Of a DNA stretch of 20,000 nt, positions 1 through 9,322 are shown piece after piece (the first letter of the stretch is position 1; every line of letters begins with the position of its first letter). The notes beneath the pieces are model-generated. The model did not search any database. It was given only the letters and a program-made list of their open reading frames with translations, and was not told the origin of the DNA. The stretch is taken from IMG/VR virus record IMGVR_UViG_3300037963_003458; one strand, written 5' to 3'. Origin of the DNA: an uncultured virus (IMG/VR IMGVR_UViG_3300037963_003458) (Duplodnaviria; Heunggongvirae; Uroviricota; Caudoviricetes). A program made the translations under genes and the position numbers.

Positions 1-1
1 A

Positions 2-3000
2 GTTATTATCTACTGCATAATCAATACCATCTACTTGATTTCGGCCAGCGGACCATATGGCTTGTTCTGTCCAATCTACAGAAGATTGTGGTTTTACTCT
101 AAAAAGTGTTTCAGCCTGACCGTTACTCTTAACAGGTCCTTTTATTGTGTAAATTACAAAACCACTATCTTCGATAATTTGTTTAATATCTAAAACTGTA
201 GGGCGGGTTATTTCTTTTTCCCTTAATGATAAAAGAATAGAATAAGAAAGATCTCGGTCTCCACCAAAAACGCTATTTAATGTACCAATAGTAATAGGTT
301 GACTAGCTAACTTACCGTCTAGTCCTTTTTCATCTGTAGTCAAACCGGCATAAACTACATCATTAGTGCTAATAGTACTAAAGACAGTATCTTGAAAACC
401 AGCGCTTATAAACCCATCTTGGTATTTTCTTTTTAAGCGTGCCTTTAAAACATTCATTTTACCCGGATCGTTTTTAACATCAATAAGCTCAGCTGCTATT
501 TCTCTGCTATCTTCTGCAGATATGATATAAGAAGGGAACATTTCTTGAACTAAAGCAGATACTCTTTTTCTTTTATTATCTGCAGTTAAATTTGAAGTTT
601 CTAAAATATCCATAAAAGATAACTCTTTATTCGACTCATCGATAACCGGACCTTGTGCTCCTGAGAAAGGTAAAAATAAACGATCAAAGATTACATCAAT
701 TCCCTCGCCTATCTTAGCACCGATAGTAGGAGTAGCTAGTGTCTCAGAAACTTCTGTTAAACCTAACATAAGAGGGGCTTGCTTATTAAAATCTTCTGGT
801 TTTCCTAGAATATCATGCATAGTTTCAAGCGGAGTCAGCGGAGCAGTTAAAGTAAACTGACCCGATGTTGGCCCAGATGTGGGATAAGTTTTCTTATCTA
901 AAAAGTCATCTCGAACAGCATCTAATGCTGCCAGAACTTTAGAATCATCAAAAGGGTTGCTTATCCCAGCTGGATCAGCAGCTTGTTCAATTGCTGATCT
1001 AAGATCTATTAGAGGACCTACCATAGGAGAAGATATAAAAGCTCCTACTTGCATTGCTAGTTGTTGAGCAGATTCAGGAGATAGCTCAATTTTACCTTCT
1101 TTTAAACGATCTTCTAATCTTAAAATAGAATCTGCAGGAGCATCTCCTGTTTCTCTAGACTCAAATAAAATATCTACAACAGCTGCTTCTAGATCTTTTA
1201 AGAGAGCAGCCTGTTCGCTAGGCGGTAATTTATCAATTCCGGGTATTCTTCCTAAATTAATACCAGCTCTAACGAAATCTCTTTCCATAACAGACCCTAT
1301 AGCTGTATCTACATTCTGTATTAATTCCTCAGCCATTCCAGGTCTTTGGATACCCGGAAGAGCATGATAACGTTTTAATTGAGTTCTAAAAACTCCGTAA
1401 TTAAAAGTAACATTGCCTGTAGTACTGTCTACTTTAACAGGATTCATGTTTGTTTCAAGAAACTGTATATCTCGTTCGCTACGAGGCTGCTCAAAATTAA
1501 CCACCTCTAAAACTTTTTCTCTGAGGTTTTTTGTATACTCTTCAGAAAAACCCGCTTCTTCAAGTTCTTCTAACATTAAATTTAAATTAATTACAAAAGA
1601 TTCTTGTGGATTGCGTGGATCAGTATCTACGTCATGAAGAGTAAGTTCTTGTACCAAGTTTGTTAAATGCTCTTGAATAGCTATATCAGCAACCATAAGT
1701 TTTCCGGCTTCACTTGCAGCATCATGAAAATCTTTAAAACGATTAGCAACATCTCCTATTGCTTCATACCGTTCTGGAGCAGTAGCACGTTCAGGCTCTC
1801 CTAAAGCAGTTTCAACTCCACTTACTTCTGTTTTTAAATTACCTAAAGCATAAGTATATTTTTGTTGATCATCTACTGCCTTAATTTTTTTCTTAGCAGC
1901 GTCTAATTTTTTATCCAACTCTGGCTGAAAGACTTCTTGAATCCGCTCACTCATAGCTAGATCAATATCATCTTCATCAAAAAGAGGAACACCCTTTTCT
2001 ACAGCTAACCAAGTTTCAAATTCAGAGTAAACAGTAGAACTATCATTGTAATCAAAAGGTAAACTTCCTCCTTCAAGGTTAAGTCTCCAATCAATAAACT
2101 CATCAGCGTATTGACTCCACTTTGTACCAAACTGACCTAAAAGATCCTTAACAAAGTTTCTTTCTAAAGAAGCTAATTGTCTTCTTTGTGGTCCTATTAT
2201 TTTTTGAATAGCTGCATTACGCTGTCTTTCTGACAAATTAGGATATGTCTCTAAATCAGCCAGTCCTTCGTCAATAAGCTTATCCAATGCCTCCATTCTT
2301 TCTGTCTCATCTAAAATTGAATTTACTTCATCCACATCACTTCTAAACTCTACTTCCCAGTCACTTACCCCTTGGTTTATAAGAGTTCTAGATCCAGTAG
2401 CATCAAAAGATTTTACGCTTATTTCTAAAGCCCGAAAAGCAGCTTCATCCGTTTTTGATAGAATTGGATGCTTCTCATCAAAAGCTTTTAACTTCATTTG
2501 AGCACGCTTTTGAAATTGTTCCAAAGCATCAGCTGGTATAGCTTCGCCAGATCTAGCAGATTCTATGCGAAGAGTTTCCCTTTCAGCCTCTAAATCAGCC
2601 CGCAACAGACGAAGATCTTCGTTTTGAAGGCGTCTATCGGATCTGCTTTTAAGACCATCAACTTTAAATCTAAGTTTTTCAACTTGAGGTTCTAATGTTT
2701 TATTGCCTTCAAACTGTAAAAGCTTTTCTCTTAAATCGTCACCAACTTCTTCATAAGCCGCTAAACGATCTTCTTCTGTATAATACTCATAGCTTTCAAT
2801 ATGAGATACTTTATTATCAAAATCTGTTTCAATTTCTGTGAACAAAACACCCGGATACTTTAACTTATCTTGTCTTCTTAAAGCCTTTAAATTTCTTTTA
2901 TTACTCCTAAGATACATTTTTTTCTTGTACTCAGAATACTTAGCTTCCTTTAAAAGAAGTTTTTCAGACTCAACAATGTCAGTTCTTTCGTCAATCTTAA

Positions 3001-3342
3001 AAATCTCTTTTGACAAAACATCTAGATTATCGTTATCTTTGACTTTACCGTAAGTTTGTTTAGCAGCAACATATGCAGCGCCAATTTCAGCACTGTCTGT
3101 GAGCATATCAGCTATAATGCTAGTTTGATTGTCCCCTATAAACTTGCTAAAACCACCAGATGTAACTGTGCCAAAATCAACTTGACTTCGCTGTATGTTA
3201 GGAGCAGNNNNNNNNNNNNNNNNNNNNNNNNNNNNNCTGGATTTTCCATTCCTACTTGATTTAGCTGTTCATAGAAAGCTTCGTTAGATCTGGATCTTTC
3301 GTATTCTTCAAAATCACTTTGTTGTCTTTTTCGTTTAGCCAT
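2..3342 (-). CDS. Large internal virion (ejection) protein, gp15/gp16-like by position; partial, runs off window
   Basis: Starts MAKRKRQQSDFEEY at 3342. After the 29-N gap an alpha-helical, charged reading frame (APNIQRSQVDFGTVTSGG...) is in the same phase at spot checks down to base 2 (...NQVDGIDYAVDNN). The phase change lies in the N gap. Follows a gp14-like gene. Missing from the ORF track. Confidence 0.7.
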
Positions 3343-3360
3343 ATTTTCCAGCTCTTTCTA

Positions 3361-4002
3361 CTATTTTTGTACGTTACCGTAGACACCAGCACCAGCAGAG
3401 ATACCGCTAGCAGCTCCTCCGAGTATAGCTGCTACCATACCTAGAGCACCAGAACCGGGCTCAACTCCTGTTGTTCCCGGTATAAAAACGTTAGCTGACT
3501 GATAAGAAAGCATATCTCTTTGGTTTAAAGAGTTTTTATATTGAGCTTTAGCGCTAGTATCTGCTTGGTATTTACGTTTAAAAATGTTTTTTCGTTCTTG
3601 CTGAAAGTTTTCTTTAGCTAGACTTTGCATTCTATCAGCCATACCACCTCTAAGATTTTTACCAGTAGCTTTGGCTGTTAAACTAGCTTGATAACTAAAC
3701 TGCTGTTTTGCAGTGTTTTTTAATTCAGCTTTAAAAGCATCTCTGTTAAACTTAGAAACATCTGCAAAGTTTTTAATTGCAGCTTTTTCAATTTCTTTGT
3801 TATTCCAACGACGCAAAGCATTTGCTCTTGCAGCTGCAACATTCTTTTTATCGTTAGCTAATGATTTTTCAAAGTTGTTACGTTCTGTTTGAACAACAGA
3901 AGACAAGTACTGAGCCTCAGCGTTTTTTTGACCGCCTATTGCGCTCATAATACCACCGGCCATAGCAGCTCCGCCAACGCCTATAGCTAATGCAACACCC
4001 AT
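3361..4002 (-). CDS. Internal virion protein B (T7 gp14-like)
   Basis: 213 aa with Gly/Ala-rich hydrophobic N- and C-termini around a Q/A/K/N helical core, the usual gp14 architecture; SD AGGAG. Confidence 0.7.
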   Translation of the reverse strand: MGVALAIGVGGAAMAGGIMSAIGGQKNAEAQYLSSVVQTERNNFEKSLANDKKNVAAARANALRRWNNKEIEKAAIKNFADVSKFNRDAFKAELKNTAKQQFSYQASLTAKATGKNLRGGMADRMQSLAKENFQQERKNIFKRKYQADTSAKAQYKNSLNQRDMLSYQSANVFIPGTTGVEPGSGALGMVAAILGGAASGISAGAGVYGNVQK

Positions 4003-4003
4003 A

Positions 4004-4468
4004 TTATTCTCCTAAAAATTTAATAATTTTATTTATGTTAAAATCAAGTTCTTCTGTGTAATATAAACGGCTTTCTACTTTATTATTTAAAAGCCATTCT
4101 TGCAAAGTAACGTCTGCTAACCCTATTATTTCTTCTGCTTCTAAAGTAAATTCTAAAGGCTCACGTTCCATTTGTTTTACACAAGACTCAATTTGTTTTG
4201 TTGTGTCTTTTCGTTCTAGTATAATCATTCGATGTACTGGAACAGTTAGATATTGTAAAGACGTAGGCCAAACTTTGGCTACACCACTGGTTAATTTTTG
4301 TACATCCCAAGGCCATATATCATAATACCCATTAGGGTTTCCCTCAACAGGTAAAAATCCGTCTAAAAAACCATCGCCTTGTACAGGCAAACCTTGTGCC
4401 TTACATTGCTGCATGACAAAAGACGAGCCTACTCTAGGACCTTTTCCAGTAACAATGTTTAACGCCAT
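4004..4468 (-). CDS. Sulfotransferase-like (P-loop, PAPS-binding) protein
   Basis: N-terminal IVTGKGPRVGSSFVMQ resembles the G-x-PRSGTS-xx-M PAPS-binding loop; GNPNGYYD resembles NPxGYFE; MIILERKD resembles the 3'-phosphate-binding strand. Confidence 0.6.
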   Translation of the reverse strand: MALNIVTGKGPRVGSSFVMQQCKAQGLPVQGDGFLDGFLPVEGNPNGYYDIWPWDVQKLTSGVAKVWPTSLQYLTVPVHRMIILERKDTTKQIESCVKQMEREPLEFTLEAEEIIGLADVTLQEWLLNNKVESRLYYTEELDFNINKIIKFLGE

Positions 4469-6186
4469 TTCTTACCTCGTTGGCCAAAAATAGTTTTATT
4501 AATTTGTTGTGGAGTTAAAGTTTTTGTTCTAGTTCCGCCAGAAACTCTGTCACCTAATAAAAGAGAAGCTCTTCTAGAGTCGTCTTCCCACGAAGCTATT
4601 ATTTTCATTTGATCTTCGTGTTCATTTCTAGCAATAACATCATCAACGTCAATACCTAAAGTATGTTCAAAATATTCAACAGAAGCTGCTAACACATCTA
4701 CACGGTCGTCGTGCTTTAAAGCACCCCGTCTTTCATATAAACGCGTTAACTGTTTCTGAGTTTCTTCTTGTCTAATTACTTTTCTATCTACAACTAAACG
4801 ATGCTGAGCCATAACAGGCTCTAAGCTTTTAATCATTCGAGCTTCCTTCATACCGCTTACACGATATCCTTCTATGCCTATCTTTGATCCAGATAAACGA
4901 CCTACATAAGGCATAAGAAGAGAGCCAAACATGCCATCGCCATAGTTTTCTTCGTATCTAATTAAATTTAAACTAGGATAATCTAAAGCTAGCTTTACTA
5001 TTTTCTCTAGTAAAACATCTTCATAACCTCCATCAAATCCTAGTAACTCATGAATCCATATGTATCCATTACCAAACGACGAGATACAAACTGAAGTTTC
5101 ATCATTACCTCGTCCAGAAGGATCAATATGCATCACTGTATGTTTATAAGGAGTATAGCTATCTGCTACCCACATGGGTTTAGATAGAACATCTCCATTT
5201 AAACCAAAAGATGGAAGATCTCTAGCTGGATCAGAACACCAAACTACTTTGTCTGGGTGGACTTCGTGGTCAAGGTCCAACACAATAAGGTCGTTAAGCC
5301 TAAGCGGGTAACGATCTTGGTCAGCCAAGGAGGTGTCCAAGTGATAATGCAAACTGAATAGTTTTGGTCCAATTCTTGCTTTACGCTCTGCGAGAAGGTC
5401 ATCCGAAAATCTTTCTGGTTGCGTCGAGTCACCGATTTGGAGATCCAATTCAAGAACAGAAGAATCCACATCGCGCATTTGTCCCGGAAAATCTGGGTCC
5501 GGGAACAACGCTGGGAACTTAAAACATGGATATGCATCACGCAGTTTATTATAGATAGATTCCGAGCTTTGAGGAGTTCCCAAAATTCGGATAAGCCCTT
5601 TACCGGGGTTTCTAATTTGCTCAATTTCCCATACCTTATTTAACAGTTTCTCTCTTGCTTCTGCAGTTTCAGAATTTTTCTCAATCTCTACATCATCAAG
5701 GATAACAGTATCTGCGTGAGATCCAGTTATCTGAGACGAAATACCTCTAGAAAATACAGATAAATCTTGACCAGTTGTTTCTCTACATTCTACATTAAAA
5801 CCAAAAGCCGAGTCTCTTGTATTAGGACCAGGCTCTAGGTGTTTCATATAGGGAACTAGAGTTAAAATTTTACGAGTCATGCTTATAAACTCAGTGCTCT
5901 TAATGGCTGTTGCAGACAAAACCATAATCACATGATTAGGATCTCGTAAGAGAAGCCAAGAAGCAAACATGGACGTTAGGACAGACTTGCCTGCCCCTCG
6001 GCCTGCTTGAAGCTGAAACTCGTCAGAGCCATCCTGCAGCCTTTCAGCCATCATGTACTGAAGAGGAGTAGGTTCTCCTAGTCCCAAGTACTTCATGCAT
6101 TGATGCAAATGGTTTCTAAAATCTTGTACAATTTCTTGAGGAAGATTCTGAGGAAGAAGCTCTTCATTTATTTTAGGTATAGGCAT
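4459..6186 (-). CDS. terL: Terminase large subunit (T7 gp19-like)
   Basis: Walker A LQAGRGAGKS, ITGSHADTVILDDVE (Walker B), LGTPQS, nuclease motifs IDPSGRGNDET and HDDRVDVLA. Confidence 0.97.
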   Translation of the reverse strand: MPIPKINEELLPQNLPQEIVQDFRNHLHQCMKYLGLGEPTPLQYMMAERLQDGSDEFQLQAGRGAGKSVLTSMFASWLLLRDPNHVIMVLSATAIKSTEFISMTRKILTLVPYMKHLEPGPNTRDSAFGFNVECRETTGQDLSVFSRGISSQITGSHADTVILDDVEIEKNSETAEAREKLLNKVWEIEQIRNPGKGLIRILGTPQSSESIYNKLRDAYPCFKFPALFPDPDFPGQMRDVDSSVLELDLQIGDSTQPERFSDDLLAERKARIGPKLFSLHYHLDTSLADQDRYPLRLNDLIVLDLDHEVHPDKVVWCSDPARDLPSFGLNGDVLSKPMWVADSYTPYKHTVMHIDPSGRGNDETSVCISSFGNGYIWIHELLGFDGGYEDVLLEKIVKLALDYPSLNLIRYEENYGDGMFGSLLMPYVGRLSGSKIGIEGYRVSGMKEARMIKSLEPVMAQHRLVVDRKVIRQEETQKQLTRLYERRGALKHDDRVDVLAASVEYFEHTLGIDVDDVIARNEHEDQMKIIASWEDDSRRASLLLGDRVSGGTRTKTLTPQQINKTIFGQRGKKWR

Positions 6187-6205
6187 AATGTAATATTCTC
6201 CGAAG

Positions 6206-6236
6206 AGTTAGCCCTAGATTTTATCCACGGCTAACT
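6206..6236 (-). promoter_or_regulatory. Stem-loop just upstream of the terL SD
   Basis: Minus strand AGTTAGCC-G-TGGAT-AAA-ATCTA-G-GGCTAACT, followed by CTTC GGAGA. Confidence 0.55.
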
Positions 6237-6270
6237 GGTTGTGTTCTCTCTTAGACTCAGGCGTTAAGGC

Positions 6271-6471
6271 CTAAGTTCCAAATTTAAATGGCAAATCAAT
6301 TTTCTCTTCAATTACTTTATCAATGTTTCTTTCAGTAAGCTCTAGTTGATCTCTGTTTTCTTTTAAAACGTCTAAAACAACTTTGTAAAGCTGTGGATTT
6401 CTCCGTTCAGGGTCTTCTAAATCATTCATTAGCGACCAATAAAGACGTTCATTTAGTGTTTTATAATTCAT
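6271..6471 (-). CDS. terS: Terminase small subunit (T7 gp18-like)
   Basis: LMNDLEDPERRNPQLYKVV closely resembles the T7 gp18 segment recalled as MLADLSDHERRSPQLYNAI; lies directly upstream of terL. Confidence 0.85.
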   Translation of the reverse strand: MNYKTLNERLYWSLMNDLEDPERRNPQLYKVVLDVLKENRDQLELTERNIDKVIEEKIDLPFKFGT

Positions 6472-7133
6472 CTTTTTCTTCTTTTTATAAATAAAATCCC
6501 TACTGCAAAACTCAATAATACGCTAGGTCCTGGTATAGGAGGAGAGTNNNNNNNNNNTTTAAAAATAAAAGGATCTATATCTATAGGCAGTAAAGGTTCA
6601 GGTCTAGTGTATATTAAATAATCAGACCAACTAGTAGGTAAATAGTCTACAGTTTGATCTAATACAACTGATGTGTCAATTGAGTAAGGCGTTGTTAAAA
6701 CAGATAACATATTAGAGTTACTTGTAAAAGTATCTAGTTTATCTGCTTCGTACATTTGAACATTTAAAAGTTTTGGCATAGCCTGTTTAAAGGGCTCAGA
6801 AGTTTCTGAGTTTTTCAAAACAAAAGGCCAAGTTTTTATATTTGGTTTACTAGGAGCAAAAGAAGATTCAGAGATTAAATCTGAACCTGCTTCTTTAACC
6901 GAGTTAAAGCTATCTATATATCCAGCTACCTTATCTACAAACTCTTTGCCTAAAAGTGTTCCTGCCACGACAACAATTAAAGCTATAACTACAAACTGTT
7001 TCTTTAGTTTTTTTCTTTCGTCTTCGCAGTTTTTAAGAGAACTTTTAGTTTCTTTCTCTATGTTCCGTTTAGTCTCTTCTAGTTCCTCTTTTATACTTTC
7101 GTAGTCTGAACAATAAGGACATCTATCGGACAC
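6468..7133 (-). CDS. Membrane protein with N-terminal CxxC/coiled coil, one TM and a C-terminal PEP-CTERM-like sorting signal
   Basis: GTG start with AGGAGG SD; CPYC; TM FVVIALIVVVAGTLLG; C-terminus PIPGPSVLLSFAVGILFIKRRKR (Pro motif, TM, basic tail). A 10-N gap lies just before the tail. Confidence 0.7.
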   Translation of the reverse strand: MSDRCPYCSDYESIKEELEETKRNIEKETKSSLKNCEDERKKLKKQFVVIALIVVVAGTLLGKEFVDKVAGYIDSFNSVKEAGSDLISESSFAPSKPNIKTWPFVLKNSETSEPFKQAMPKLLNVQMYEADKLDTFTSNSNMLSVLTTPYSIDTSVVLDQTVDYLPTSWSDYLIYTRPEPLLPIDIDPFIFKXXXXSPPIPGPSVLLSFAVGILFIKRRKR

Positions 7134-7154
7134 TTATATACCCTCCTAAAAATA

Positions 7155-7286
7155 CTACGATTCTTTATTCCACGGGAAAAATTTACGTACCCAATACCAA
7201 ATCTTTTTACCAGATAAAGCACCTAGTCCAAAAATTACCAGTGTATAAAAGAAAGTTCCTAAAATACTTTCTAAATTAAAATCCAT
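7155..7286 (-). CDS. Small membrane protein (43 aa)
   Basis: Hand translation: MDFNLESILGTFFYTLVIFGLGALSGKKIWYWVRKFFPWNKES*; fills the gap between flanking genes. Confidence 0.75.
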   Translation of the reverse strand: MDFNLESILGTFFYTLVIFGLGALSGKKIWYWVRKFFPWNKES

Positions 7287-7294
7287 GATATCTC

Positions 7295-7561
7295 TCAACA
7301 TTTCCATCGTCGTCGCGCTTTTCGCAAACGACTGTTAGGGTCTTTAGCAGCCTTTGGGAACTTCTTCATTTGTCCCGCAGATCTTGCACAATAACTTTTT
7401 TTACGAGCACCACCACCAGGTTGAGGAGCTTTAAGCTTACTACCAGTCTTTCGATTAATCATTCGACGACCTTTAGCAGTAAGACCGCCTTTTTTAGATT
7501 TGCAACCGTTGCTGATATTGCAACCTTTCATAGCTCCTTTTTTCTTTGATTTCTTAGCCAT
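7295..7561 (-). CDS. Small basic Cys-containing protein (DUF6321-like, from memory)
   Basis: GGLTAKGR...GSKLKAP...RKKSYCARSAG...DPNSRLRKARRRWKC motif common in marine phages; TAATG overlap with upstream ORF. Confidence 0.8.
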   Translation of the reverse strand: MAKKSKKKGAMKGCNISNGCKSKKGGLTAKGRRMINRKTGSKLKAPQPGGGARKKSYCARSAGQMKKFPKAAKDPNSRLRKARRRWKC

Positions 7562-7686
7562 TATTTTTTCCCCGTAGGTTTGTACTCTTTTTTTATAACA
7601 GCTTTTTTATTCAAAGCTTTATAAGCATCTTTTTCTGTAGCTCGCGTAGTTGTACCACAAGCACATTTAAATTTCGAATGAGCCAT
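7561..7686 (-). CDS. Small basic protein (41 aa)
   Basis: Hand translation: MAHSKFKCACGTTTRATEKDAYKALNKKAVIKKEYKPTGKK*; TAATG overlaps at both ends. Confidence 0.75.
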   Translation of the reverse strand: MAHSKFKCACGTTTRATEKDAYKALNKKAVIKKEYKPTGKK

Positions 7687-7910
7687 TATTTCTTCTTCTT
7701 TCCTTTTTTCCAAGAAACTCTAGCTGGGCCTTTTTTGGCTGACGTTCCTTTTTTAGTACATTGAGCTTTAGTAGGACGACAAGCAGGATAAGGACGTTTG
7801 CTTGATCCTTTAGCAGATTTTCGTCCACAAGGTTTGCCTGTTTTACAATCAACCCAACCTTTGCCTTTATTACGGCCAAACCATTTTCTAAGACCTTCTT
7901 TTTTTGCCAT
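7686..7910 (-). CDS. Small basic Cys-containing protein (DUF5872-like, from memory)
   Basis: GLRKWF...WVDCKTGKPCGR...YPACRP motif; TAATG overlaps at both ends. Confidence 0.8.
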   Translation of the reverse strand: MAKKEGLRKWFGRNKGKGWVDCKTGKPCGRKSAKGSSKRPYPACRPTKAQCTKKGTSAKKGPARVSWKKGKKKK

Positions 7911-8065
7911 TACTTCTTTTTACCTTTCCCCCAGTTTTTAGCTCCTACCTTACGACATTTTACTAAAGCACCAGAAGCATAGGCACTAGGCCATTTTGTA
8001 TAACGGCTTTTTACTTTATGATAACAAGCGTCACGCTTAGCTGTTTTTTTCTTTTTCTTAGCCAT
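7910..8065 (-). CDS. Small basic protein (51 aa)
   Basis: Hand translation: MAKKKKKTAKRDACYHKVKSRYTKWPSAYASGALVKCRKVGAKNWGKGKKK*; SD GGAGA; WPSAYASG motif familiar from marine phage proteins. Confidence 0.85.
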   Translation of the reverse strand: MAKKKKKTAKRDACYHKVKSRYTKWPSAYASGALVKCRKVGAKNWGKGKKK

Positions 8066-8075
8066 AAGAATCTCC

Positions 8076-8108
8076 AAAAGCTCAAAGAACTCTGCAGTTC
8101 TTTAAGCC
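8076..8108 (-). terminator. Hairpin plus short U-tract (terminator or processing site)
   Basis: GGCTTAAAGAACT-GCAG-AGTTCTTTGAGCT then TTT GGAGA. Confidence 0.6.
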
Positions 8109-8118
8109 GTGTTAAAAT

Positions 8119-8247
8119 TCAACGCTTCTTTTTCTTCATCTTTCTCATACCAGTAGTAGATTTACGTGTAGTGCCAGTACGGTTAACGCCGTTTCCACCG
8201 TTTGCGTTTCGCTTTTTCATACCAGCTTTTTTCATTCCTCTAGCCAT
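8119..8247 (-). CDS. Small basic protein (42 aa)
   Basis: Hand translation: MARGMKKAGMKKRNANGGNGVNRTGTTRKSTTGMRKMKKKKR*; SD AAGGA; overlaps the end of the upstream gene. Confidence 0.75.
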   Translation of the reverse strand: MARGMKKAGMKKRNANGGNGVNRTGTTRKSTTGMRKMKKKKR

Positions 8248-8743
8248 TATTGTTATTCCTTTTGTTAACATAAGACATAAACTGAGTAGACAAGTTTTTA
8301 TAGTAGCCTTGTCTATTTAATAGATTAGACGCTTTCTTTAATTCAGAAAGAGGTTGAATAAACACAGCTCCATAAGCATAATCAACTACGCTTTCATACG
8401 CTTCTTCATGAAGACGAGGATCATCTGGCTCGTCTTCTGGATTAAATACAATAAGATAAAGATCCGTAAATTCAATAACCTTATTTAAAGACTCGGCCCA
8501 CTTATCCATATCCTTTTCTATTTTTGGATCGTAAACTATAATAGCCAAATCTTTACTTCTATCAAAAAACGTTACGTTCTCTAATACAGTCTGTTTATCA
8601 CCTAGAATAGTTTTAGTTTTATCGCCAAACCAAGCTTTATGTGCAAAAGGACAAGGCTTTAACCCATTGTAATATTCATTAGGTACATCTAAATAGTCTT
8701 TAACCCAATTAGAAATTTCTTGTTTAATTTTGTTTAAATCCAT
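8240..8743 (-). CDS. Conserved phage protein, DUF1415-like
   Basis: 167 aa; ISNWVKDYL...LKPCPFAHKA resembles the DUF1415 N-terminal CPFA motif. Confidence 0.6.
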   Translation of the reverse strand: MDLNKIKQEISNWVKDYLDVPNEYYNGLKPCPFAHKAWFGDKTKTILGDKQTVLENVTFFDRSKDLAIIVYDPKIEKDMDKWAESLNKVIEFTDLYLIVFNPEDEPDDPRLHEEAYESVVDYAYGAVFIQPLSELKKASNLLNRQGYYKNLSTQFMSYVNKRNNNNG

Positions 8744-8799
8744 AGCGTTTTCTCTTTTGTGATTTAACTAAAGCTAGCCTAATTCTAGGTAGCTGATTT

Positions 8800-9036
8800 T
8801 TACGAAACGGTTTCTTGCTTTGTTTCCTCAAGAACAGTGATCCTTGTATCATGTTCATGTAGAGTATTACGCATATCGTGAATATGTTGACGAGTTTTAG
8901 ACTGTTCCTCGTCTAGTATTTCTATCTTTTGCTGCATGGCGGGTATTGCCCATACACGGTATAACACAGCTCCTACCATAGCGGCAACAATGCCAATAGC
9001 TAGGAGAAGTAAATCAAACATCTGTGATTCGTTCAT
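8800..9036 (-). CDS. Small protein with N-terminal TM and coiled coil (lysis-associated?)
   Basis: TM LLLLAIGIVAAMVGAVLYRVW, heptad tail ending HDTRITVLE. Confidence 0.7.
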   Translation of the reverse strand: MNESQMFDLLLLAIGIVAAMVGAVLYRVWAIPAMQQKIEILDEEQSKTRQHIHDMRNTLHEHDTRITVLEETKQETVS

Positions 9037-9322
9037 TTTTCTTATTTACCTCTCGCAATGGAAGAACCGCCAAGGTAAAAACCAACGGCGGCAAGAAGAG
9101 CAGCGCGAAGCTCAGGTAACACGATGATTCCTTTGAGATCCACCCAGCCGCCTGTGAAGATGCCAAAGAGGTCCCAAGGGGCTCGATCGGTTTGGACCCA
9201 TGTGTCAATTCCGAGGAGGGCTCCAAGGAACGGGGCGACTGCAAGGACCCATAAGACGGTAAAGACGAGCACCCGCCTACCAAGATGAGTGCCACGCTTA
9301 GCAGCCCTATCAGCTGAGTCAT
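9014..9322 (-). CDS. Candidate nested lipoprotein (spanin-like) in the +1 frame of the holin-like gene
   Basis: MTQLIGLLSVALILVGG-C lipobox-like signal, S/P-rich linker, C-terminal hydrophobic segment and basic tail; SD is weak. Confidence 0.35.
   Translation of the reverse strand: MTQLIGLLSVALILVGGCSSLPSYGSLQSPRSLEPSSELTHGSKPIEPLGTSLASSQAAGWISKESSCYLSFALLFLPPLVFTLAVLPLREVNKKNERITDV

Noticed and set aside
3136..3342. 68-aa ORF, or programmed frameshift/pseudogene
   Set aside because: The phase change falls in the 29-N gap; most simply one long gene with a mis-sized gap.
4459..6186. Intein or intron in terL
   Set aside because: Length is normal for gp19 and no splicing motifs were seen.
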